DNA of 64,000 nt from an uncultured Planctomycetota bacterium (GTDB lineage Bacteria; Planctomycetota; UBA11346): the NCBI GenBank assembly GCA_963818245.1, contig CAWFSD010000043.1:20716-84715 (forward strand), written 5' to 3'. Below the pieces are notes generated by a model, which was not told the origin of the DNA, made no database searches, and saw only the letters and a list, made by a program, of their open reading frames with translations. Shown here in pieces: positions 26,754 to 36,200 of the stretch; position 1 is the first letter of the stretch, and each line of letters starts with the position of its first letter. Position numbers and translations under genes: made by a program.

Positions 26754-29476
26754 ATGCCGAACCGCAGCCCGCTCGCCGCCCTCCTCCTCGCCATCGCACT
26801 CGCCGCCGCCAGCGCGCGCGCCGGCCGCGGACGGGCCGGCGCAGGTCGTCTGCACGCTGGCGACGCTGCCGGGGCGCATCACCGGCGCCGGCGTGCTCTG
26901 CGACTGCGCCGCCCCGGGCCCGGGGCGGGTGGTGGTGGAAATCGTCGCGGCGCCGAACCGCAAGCCCGCGCCCGGCGAGTGGGTGCCCACGACCATCGTC
27001 AAGGTCGTCGCCCCGGACGGCTCCGTCGCCGCGCTCGCCGAGCCCGACCGCGGCCAGGGAGCAGGCGCGCAGCCGCGTCGAGCTCGCGGTGCGCGCCGGC
27101 GCCGCCGGCATCTGGCGGATCTCGGTGGTCGGCGGCCGCGACGGCGACCGCGTCACCTTCGGCCTGCCGCCGTGCCGCGCCTGGGGGCTGCGCGGCGAGA
27201 TGGCGCTGGGACTGGCGGCGGAGACGCCGCACAGCGGGTGGCTGTGGGTTCCGGCCGGGCCGCACCACCCTGCTCGCGGCGCTGCCGGAGCGCGGCGGCA
27301 TCACCCTCAGCGACGCCGCGGGGCAGGCGCTGCCCGCCAAGCAGGAGGGCAAGGGCAAGCGCCGCATCTGGCGCTGGGAGGGCCTGCCCGCGGGCACCGC
27401 CGTGCACGTCGCGTGCGACGCCGCCACGCCCTCGGTGGCCTTCGACGGCCTGCCCGGCCTGCTCTGCCCGGACGCCGCCGCCGCCGCGCTGCTGCGCGGC
27501 GGCGGCAGCGAGGTCGAGGGCGTCGCGGTCGACGGCCCGGTGCAGGCGCGCGCCCGCGCCTGGATGCTGGCCGCGGTGCGCGCGAACCTCGCGCCCGCCC
27601 GCGCCCGCCGCGAAGGACGCCGCGACGCGCGAGCCGCTGGCCGCCGTCCAGCTCTACGGGCGCTTCGGACCGCTCACCGGCATCAAGTCGTTCATGGCCG
27701 GGCAGGTCCTCGACCCCGCCGACGCGGACTTCGGCTTCTACCGCGCCGCCGGCCCTGCGGCGCGCAAGCCGGGACCGCCGCCCTCCCTCTACGGCGAGGT
27801 GCGCTGCCCCTTCGACGCCGGCAACATCGCGGCGGCGATCGCCGCCGACGTCGAACCCGATCCCGCCCGCCGCGATCCCGCGCTGATCGCGCGCGCCACC
27901 CTCGCGGCCTTCGCCCACCTCGCGCGCATGCAGGGCGACGACCTGCTCCGCGAAGAGGACCTGTCCACCACCGGCGGGCCGATGATCCACAGCTTCTTCA
28001 TCTACCAGGGCGCCCTGGCGCGCGGCTTCGAGCTGCTCAGGGACGAGCTCGACCCGACCGCGCGGGCGATCTGGCGCGACGGCCTGATCGCGGTGGGCGA
28101 CCGCCTCACCGACTTCTCGGCCAGCCAGACCAACCAGTGGTGGCACGTGATCATCGGCCACCTGCTCACCTACTGCGCCACCGGCGAGGAGCGCTTCCGC
28201 CACGCCTTCGAGCGCCAGGCGCTCGCGCTGCTGTCCGGCACCGGGCCGGTCGAACGCCTCGGCCAGCACCCGGCCGGCTTCTTCCTCGAGGCCGGCGGCC
28301 CGGACGGCCACTACGATTCGCTGTCCGCGACCTGCCTGTGCGAGGCCTTCCACCTCTACAGCGCCCAGCCCAAGGCCGACAAGGCCGTGGTCGAGGCGCT
28401 GCGCGCCGGGCTGGCCCGCAGCCTGGCCTTCAACTCGTGCCACTGGCTGCCCCAGCCCGACGGTTCGCTGGCGGGCCCGTCCGCGCACAGCGGGCGCCGC
28501 TGCGCGGCCTTCTGCTACCAGCCCTGGCCCGGCCTGCTGCTCGCCCGCGACGTCTTCCCCCTGGCGGCGACGCGCTGGCTCGATGACGCCCGCCGCCGCC
28601 AAGGGCGCCGGCATGACCGCCGCCACGTTCCCCTTCGTGATCAACAGCGTGGCGTGGGCGCGCAGCGCGCTCGCCGACCTGCTGCCGCGCGTCGGCGACG
28701 CCGCGCAGTGGACCGGCGCGGTCGAGGCGCCGTGGACGAGCGAGGCCGTGGCGGTGGCGCGCCGGCCCGCGGTCGCGGCGGCCGAACTGCCCTGCCGCGC
28801 GGCGAGCGGGACGTGGGAGCTGCCCGGGCAGATCGCCTGGAAGCGCGGGGCGCTGTACGGCCTGACCTTCTGGGACGTGACCGGCCAGTCGGGCCGCCCG
28901 GAGGAGTGCTGCCGCACCGGCGGCGCGCCGAGCGCGCTGTGGAGCGCGGCCACCGGCGTCAGCCTGGTGTCGATGCACAACAGCCACGAACCGCCCGCCA
29001 GCAACCACGTGGGCGGCCCCGACGACCTGACCCACGTCTGCGTCGCCGGCACGCTCAAGGGCGCGCTGTGGTGGAGCGGCCGCGAGCGCGCGGAGTTCGC
29101 CTGGCTCAAGGCGGGCGAGGCCTGGCGCATCACCAGCACCGTGCCCGGCGGCGGCGCGACCATCACCTGGTCCTACGCCATCGCCGACGACAGCCTCGAC
29201 CTCGAGGTCGCCGTCGCTGGCGCCGACCTCGCCGAGCCCTGGCTCAACCTGCCCTTCCTGGACCAGGCCGCCGGCATGGCGCTCGAAACCGCCGAGCACG
29301 GTGCGCGCTTCCGCGCCGGCAGCGGCGCCCTGGGCATCACCTGGTCGCAGGGCGGCCAGGCCACGGCGACGGCGCGCCTCGCCGCCCTGCCGCTGCCGGT
29401 ACGCTGCCTGCGCATCCCCCTGGCCGGTGCGGGCGCGCAGTGGGGGGCCAAGGTCCACTTCGCTGTCAGCCGTTGA
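26754..29476 (+). pseudogene. large secreted protein of unknown function (possibly alpha/alpha-toroid, polysaccharide lyase/hydrolase-like); five frame changes
   Basis: GGAGAG sits before ATG 26754, which gives MPNRSPLAALLLAIALAAASARA. Protein-like segments alternate between three frames, with switches near 26822, 27050, 27260, 27600 and 28585. The gene ends ...GAKVHFAVSR at 29476. Confidence 0.5.
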
Positions 29477-29797
29477 AGCAGATGCCTGGATTGCCTTGGC
29501 ACGAACGGCATGATGATAGATTCCAGGAATGGTTCAGACGCATCCCATGGAGCGCACGCCACTGAGCGGACGGGGCTGGTGCAACGACGGTTGCATGGTG
29601 CGTCGTGGCGGCGCACACACTGGTACATGGCGTGGAAACCATCACTCTACATTCTCGATCGGCCCCACCAGGATCTGTTGTATAGTCGTCAGCACGAACG
29701 GCGGATAGCCGGCGGTCTCAGCCGCACCGCGGATGCCACACCGCCACGCCTGATCCGCCCCGACGATCCTGCCGTCCCTGTAGCCGTGGAGTTCCCG

Positions 29798-32650
29798 ATG
29801 CACCCTCCAGCCCGCCGCTCCGACCTGCGCACGCCACGCCGCTTCCGCTCCACCGCGCTGCTGCTCGGCGCGGTCGCCGCCTGCCTCGCGCAGCCGCTCA
29901 GCGCCGCGGACCCGGTCGGGCAGATCATCGGCAAGGCCGCGGCCGCCGGCCGCCTGCCCTACATGCTGTACCTGCCGAACAGCTACAACACCGATGCGCA
30001 GGCGACCTTCCCGCTGGTGGTCTGCCTGGGCGGCGTCAGCGAGGTCGGCAACGGCTCGTACGATGGGACGCTCAACGAGTCCGGGACCAACCAGCTCGCC
30101 TACGTGCTGCACCACGGTCCGCTGCAGCTGATCCGCAGCGGCGTCACCTTCTTCAGCGACAACCCCACCATCGTCATCCATCCCGAGAACCCCAACAACA
30201 ACTACAGCGCCGCCACCATCGACGCGACCATCACCCAGGTCGCCACCGCCTACCGCGTCGACCCCAGCCGCATCTACGTCACCGGCTACAGCCTGGGCGG
30301 CGGCGGGGCCTGGCTCTACGGCCAGGCCCACGCCGCGCGCCTCGCCGCCCTGGTGCCGATCGCCGGCGCGTCCTACCCCGCGAATCCCAACAGCTTCGCC
30401 AGCATGTCATCCCTGCCCGTGTGGGCCGTGCACAATGCGCTGGACGGCACCGTGCCGGCCGCGTGGACCACCGGCACCACCACCGCCTTCACCCCCAACC
30501 TGGTCGGCTGGGTCAGCGGCATCGCGGCCGGCCAGGGCGGCATCAACCCGCGCTGCCTCGACAACTACCCCGGCGCCATCGGCTTCACCACGGCTGGCGC
30601 GCCGCTCTCGCCCAAGACCATCACCGGCGTGAACGCGACGCGCAGCGGCCACTATCACCCCTCCTTGGGCTGGGGCTGGAACGACGGCACCGTGTTCGTC
30701 GGCGGCGACTACACCCAGGTCACCATCATCAACGCTGCCGACCACAACGGCTGGGACGCCACCTACGGCACCGGCAGCGGCAGCGCCTTCAACACGGCGT
30801 TCTGGACCTGGCTGCTCGCGCAGCGGCAGGGCCTCGCGCCCGTCGCCCTGGGCAACACCGAGGTCGTCGTCGACGACACCTTCAACAGCAACGGTTCGAC
30901 GACCAGCGCCTCGGGCACCTGGTCCTCCGGCAGCTCGGCGGCCGCGTTCGACGGCACCTACGCCTTCTCCCACTTCGGCACGTCGTTCACCTTCCACCCC
31001 AACCTGCCGGCGACCGACACCTACCAGGCCTACATCTGGTACAGCGGCGCCAGCGGCGTGGCCCTCAGCACGGTGGTGCCGGTGACCGTCTTCGCCAGCG
31101 GCGTGACCACCAACCTCACCATCGACGAGGCCTTCGGAGCCGGTCACTGGGTGCCGATCGGCATCTATCAGTGCGCCTCGGGCACCGGTACCGCGGTGAC
31201 GATCGGGACCGCCGGCGCGAACGGCGCGGTCTCGGCCGACGCGGTGCGTTTCGTGCGGCTGCCCGGCGCCAGCGTCAACACCCCGCCCACCGTCTCGCTG
31301 ATCGGCAACCAGACCCTGACCGCCAGCGCCACGGTCACGCCCGCGTTCACCATCGGCGACGCGCAGACCGCGGCCGCCAACCTGAGCGTGCAGGCCACCG
31401 CCGTCGACACCACGCTGCTGCCGCCCGGCGGCCTGGTGCTGGGCGGCAGCGGCGCCAGCCGCACGCTCGCCATCACCCCCGCCACCGGCCTGACCGGCAG
31501 CACCAGCGTGGTGCTCACCGTCACTGACGACAGCGGCCTCGCCACCAGCACCAGCTTCACGGTGACGGTCACCGCGACGCCGGGCGACACTCCGCCGACC
31601 ATCAGCGGCACCATTCCCGACCAGAACCTCGCGATCGGCGGCAGCTCTGCGGCCCTGGCCTTCACCGTCGGCGATGCCGAGACCGCGGCGAGCGCGCTGG
31701 TCGTGACGAGGTCCTCGAGCAACCCGGGCTACCTGCCGGTCTCCGGGCTGGTGCTGGGCGGCAGCGGTGCGTCCCGCACCGTCACCGTCACGCCGGCCCC
31801 CGGCCAGAGCGGCAGCGCCACGGTCACGCTCACGGTCATCGACGGCGGCGGCCTGGCGGCGAGCAAGAGCTTCAGTGTGACGACCGCGGCGCCCGCCAAC
31901 ACCCCGCCGACCATCACCAACATCATCGACCAGGTCCTGCCGGTCGGCGGCCATTCCTCCGGGCGCGCCTTCACCATCGGCGATGCGGAGACCGCGGTCA
32001 CCAGCCTGGTCGTCACCGCCACGTCCTCCAACCCGACCTACCTGCCCAACTCCGGTCTGGTGCTGGCCGGCACCGGCGCGAGCCGGAGCGTGACCATCTC
32101 AACGGCGGCCGGGCAGAGCGGCTCCGCCACGGTCACCCTCACCGTCACCGATGGCGGGGGCCTGAGCGCGATCACGGACTTCCTGGTCTCCTCGACCGGG
32201 CTGGTGGGACCGACCATCAGCACCATTCCCAACCAGAGCCTGGCCAGCGGCAGCGCCTCGCCGTCCATCCCCTTCACGGTCACCGATCCCGCGGTGACGA
32301 CCATCACCATGCAGGCCGGCATCGCCCCGAGCGGTGCCCTGGACTGCGCCTTCTCGGGGGCGGCCGGCTCGCGCAGCCTGGTCATCACCCCCGCGGCGGG
32401 CGTCAGCGGCGCCTACCAGGTGACCGTCACCGCGCAGGACGCCAATGGCCTGTCCGCGTCCCGCACCTTCACCGCGACGGTGACGTCCGGCGGGCCAGGG
32501 TCGGGGGGTGGATCGGGCTCGAGCAGCGGCGGTGGGGGTGGGGGCAGCGGAGGCGGCTGCGGCCTGGGATCAGGAGCCTATGCCTTGACTGGACTGTTCA
32601 TGCTCGCCCTGCGCAGCCTGGTGGTGGCCGCCTGGCGGCGCCGCGATTGA
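29798..32650 (+). CDS. secreted alpha/beta-hydrolase + golvesin-C-like carbohydrate-binding domain + 4 Ig-like repeats + Gly/Cys C-terminal sorting signal
   Basis: ATG 29798. The esterase module has elbow GYSLGGGG. GTWSSGSS...YQAYIWYSG...ADAVRFVRL matches the golvesin C-terminal-like domain. Four ~100-aa repeats follow (NTPPT(V/I)S...GDA(Q/E)TA...LTVTD(D/G)GGL). The tail is GGGGSGGGCGLGSGAYALTGLFMLALRSLVVAAWRRRD. The gene is intact over 2.85 kb. Confidence 0.8.
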   Translation: MHPPARRSDLRTPRRFRSTALLLGAVAACLAQPLSAADPVGQIIGKAAAAGRLPYMLYLPNSYNTDAQATFPLVVCLGGVSEVGNGSYDGTLNESGTNQLAYVLHHGPLQLIRSGVTFFSDNPTIVIHPENPNNNYSAATIDATITQVATAYRVDPSRIYVTGYSLGGGGAWLYGQAHAARLAALVPIAGASYPANPNSFASMSSLPVWAVHNALDGTVPAAWTTGTTTAFTPNLVGWVSGIAAGQGGINPRCLDNYPGAIGFTTAGAPLSPKTITGVNATRSGHYHPSLGWGWNDGTVFVGGDYTQVTIINAADHNGWDATYGTGSGSAFNTAFWTWLLAQRQGLAPVALGNTEVVVDDTFNSNGSTTSASGTWSSGSSAAAFDGTYAFSHFGTSFTFHPNLPATDTYQAYIWYSGASGVALSTVVPVTVFASGVTTNLTIDEAFGAGHWVPIGIYQCASGTGTAVTIGTAGANGAVSADAVRFVRLPGASVNTPPTVSLIGNQTLTASATVTPAFTIGDAQTAAANLSVQATAVDTTLLPPGGLVLGGSGASRTLAITPATGLTGSTSVVLTVTDDSGLATSTSFTVTVTATPGDTPPTISGTIPDQNLAIGGSSAALAFTVGDAETAASALVVTRSSSNPGYLPVSGLVLGGSGASRTVTVTPAPGQSGSATVTLTVIDGGGLAASKSFSVTTAAPANTPPTITNIIDQVLPVGGHSSGRAFTIGDAETAVTSLVVTATSSNPTYLPNSGLVLAGTGASRSVTISTAAGQSGSATVTLTVTDGGGLSAITDFLVSSTGLVGPTISTIPNQSLASGSASPSIPFTVTDPAVTTITMQAGIAPSGALDCAFSGAAGSRSLVITPAAGVSGAYQVTVTAQDANGLSASRTFTATVTSGGPGSGGGSGSSSGGGGGGSGGGCGLGSGAYALTGLFMLALRSLVVAAWRRRD

Positions 32651-33249
32651 CGTCTCGCCTCTCGTTGCGCGCGCGTGGCACCGCATGCCCGCGCAGCGGC
32701 TGCCGGTCGTTCCGCCACCATCTTGACGCACCAACATATAATTATTTGTAGAATATAACGCTGTTCCGTCCGTCAATGTTCGGGTTTATTGCTGAAATCC
32801 GCTCATCCACGGAGCGGTGCACCAGTTCCATGCGCCCGATGGCTTGTCGCGCGACGAGCGGGGGCGCTGCGCAATACACTAGCACTGAATGCTTATCGAT
32901 GCGGCACAAAGTGATCTGGACTTGGTGACGTGGTATTTTTGTAATTACTTATCAGTATTTATCTTACACGGTACTTCCGGATCTCCGCAGAGGCTCCGTA
33001 CCTGGATCTGATCGACCCTCCGGCGCACCGCGCGCGACTGCTGGAACGCTGTACAAACGTTGCACCGCTCCAGAGATATCTTTGCATTCAGAGGCAGATA
33101 CCTACTCTGCCCGCGCTCCCGCCCCAGGCAGAACGCCTTTCGTTACCGCATCCCCGACAGCCAGCACGCCCAGGACCTCCGCCATGCGCGCGACCCTCAC
33201 GACCCCAGCCGCGCGTCCCGTGTCCGCCAGCGTCCCGAACGAGGTCCGC

Positions 33250-36200
33250 ATGAATCCCGTCCGCACCGCCCTCCTCACCCTGCTGCTGCTCGCCTGCGGG
33301 GCCCTCGGCCTCGCCACGGCCACGGCCGCCGAGCCCAGCGTCGGCTTCAACGGCTGGACGAACACGCCCGGGGTGGTCGAGGGCGTGCTCAGCGTGCGTC
33401 CGATCAACACGACCCTGCCGAAGCCGACCTACGGCTACCTGGAGTACCTGCCCAAGGGCTACAATGCGAGCGACACCACCACCAAGTGGCCGGTGGTGTT
33501 CGTCCTGAATGGCCTCGGCGAGACCGGCGACGGCACCGACACGGTCGCCAACGGCCACCAGCTCACCGTCAAGCTGACCACCAACGGCCCGCTCTTCGAC
33601 GTGGCCAGCCAGCACTGGGACTTCCCCAGCATCGTGATCAGCCCGCAGTCCAGCGGCGCGTGGAACCAGAACAACATCAAGCTGATGGTCGACTACGTGA
33701 AGGCCAACTACCGCGTCGACACCACGCGCATCTTCATGACCGGCCTGGGTGACGGCGCCTCGGGCCTGTTCCGCTTCGCCACCGCGTATCCCGGCGTCCT
33801 GGCCGGCGCGATCCCCATCGAGGCCACCTACGCGCCGACCACCAGCGCCGAGAGCGACGCGATCAAGCACCTGCCGCTGTGGCTGGTGCACGCGTTCTCC
33901 GACGCGGCCGTGAACCGCCGCACGACCGTCGCCTGGCTCAACCAGGCGACCCTGGCCGACACCGGGCTCGCCTCGGACGTCATGGCCGCCTACCCCGGCT
34001 ACGGCGGCACCAGCAACCACTACGCGTGCGACACCGACCCCGCCACCGGCCTCCCGCTCAACCCGGCGGGCCCGGTCAGCACGGTCGCGAACGCGGTCCT
34101 GACCACCGGCAGCGCCACGGCAGCGCTGCCCGCCGGCAACCTGATCGCGAACGCCGGCTCGTTCTACGTCGCGCTGTGGACCGGCAGCGATGCCGCGCCC
34201 TTCACGCGCGTGCAGTACGGCGCCGACCCGACCAGCTACGTGGTCAAGAACGCCGGCGCCACCGGCATCGGCGCGAGCAAGGTGTTCAGCGGTCCCTCGC
34301 AGACCGCCGATGCGCACATCACGACCCCGGTCGGCCTGGTGCTGAGCGCCTACTACCAGCCCGCCACGGGCACCTGGGCGTGGCCCAAGACCTCGGGCCA
34401 GACCCCGCCCCCGGCCGGCACCCCCGACAACCGCATCCTGACCCTGTACTGGCAGTACGACCAGACCGCGGCGTGGTCCAACACCTACCTCAATGGGCAG
34501 GTCTGGGACTGGCTGTACTCGCGCGCTCCGCTGAACGGTCCGGTCACCCCGGCGACCGTCACCCTCGGCGGCCTCAGCACCGTCTACACCGGCGCCGCCC
34601 AGGCCCCGACCGTCACCACCTCGCCCGCGGGCCTGGCGGTGACCCTCACCTACAACGGCGTGGCGGCGCAGCCGGTCAACGCCGGCAGCTACGCGGTGGT
34701 GGCGACCATCGCCAACCCGGCCTATTCCGGCAGCGCCAGCGGCACCCTGGCCATCGCCCCGGCCCCGGTCGCCATCGGCCTCTCCGGCCTCGCGGCGACG
34801 TGGGACGGCGGGGCGAAGCAGGCCACCGCCACCACCAACCCGGCCGGCGTGCCGGTGAACGTGGCCTACTCCGGCGGCGCGACCCCGGTCGAGCCCGGCT
34901 CCTACGCGGTGACGGCGACCTCGGCGACCACCAACTACACCGGCGCTCCCGCCACCGGCACGCTGGTCATCGCCAAGGCGAACGCGACCGTCACCCTCGG
35001 CCAGCTCGCGGCGACCGCCGATGGCAACCCGAAGCCGGTCTCCGCCGCCACCGTGCCGGTGAACCTGGCGGTCGCGGTCACCTACGACGGTTCGCCGACG
35101 GTGCCGAGCGCGCCGGGCACCTACGCGCTCGTCGCCACCATCAATGACGCGCACTACCAGGGCGGGACCACCGGCACCCTGACCATCAGCGCCGCCCCCG
35201 TCTCGGGTCTGACCCTCACCGAACCCGGCGACCACCGGGTCGTGCAGCGCGCGATCGGCGGCTTCAGCGGTGCGGTGGCCTTCTCCGGCACCATCACGGG
35301 CGAGCAGCCCGTCCGCCTCGATGCGCGCGTGGTGCGGAGCGACGGCCGCGGCGACTGGGTGGTGGATTGGACGACGATCGCCACCGCCCCGGCCGTCGGC
35401 GCCTGGACCGGGAGCCTGACCGTGCCCCAGGGCGGCTGGTACCGGGTCGAGGTGCGCAGCGTCGAGCCAGGGCGGGGCGATCCTCGGCAGCGCGGCCAGC
35501 TCCCTCCCCTGGGGCGTCGGCATCAACATCCTGTGCATCGGCCAGTCGAACATGGTCGGCTTCGGCGACCTGAACTTCACCGTCGCCGACGACCTCGTCG
35601 GCCTGCTGCGCAGCGGCGCCGGCTGGCAGCACCTCGCGGACCCGTGGATCAACGGCGGCAAGGCCTCGTGCGGGCCGGCGCTGGGCAACGCCCTGGTGGC
35701 GGCCATGGGCATCCCGGTCGGCCTGGTGCCGGCCGCGACCCTCGACACGACCATGAACGCGAACGGCCCGACCGACCTGTCGTTCCGCAACGCCGCCAAC
35801 CCCAGCGACGCCACCACCACCTACGGCAAGGCGCTGCGCGCCGCGGCCGCGGCCGGCGGCGTGGAGTTCGTGTGCGTCTCGCAGGGCGCCGCGGAAGCCT
35901 TCGCGGGCACCACCTCCACCGCCGCCTACGTCGCCGCCTTCACCCAGATGCAGAGCAACTTCCACAGCGACCTGGCGAACGGGGCGCAGGTGAAGTTCGT
36001 GCTCTCGCAGCTCGGCCGCCGCGTCGCCACCCCGGCGGCGGACGCCGGCTACGACGCCATCCGCGAAGCCCACCGCCAGCTCGATGACGGCTTCGCCACC
36101 CTGCTCGCCGGCAGCACCGTGGACTTCCCGCTCGCCGACGGCATCACCCACTACGGCCAGGCCGGCCAGGACCCGCACGGCCGCCGCTTCGCGCGCGCCA

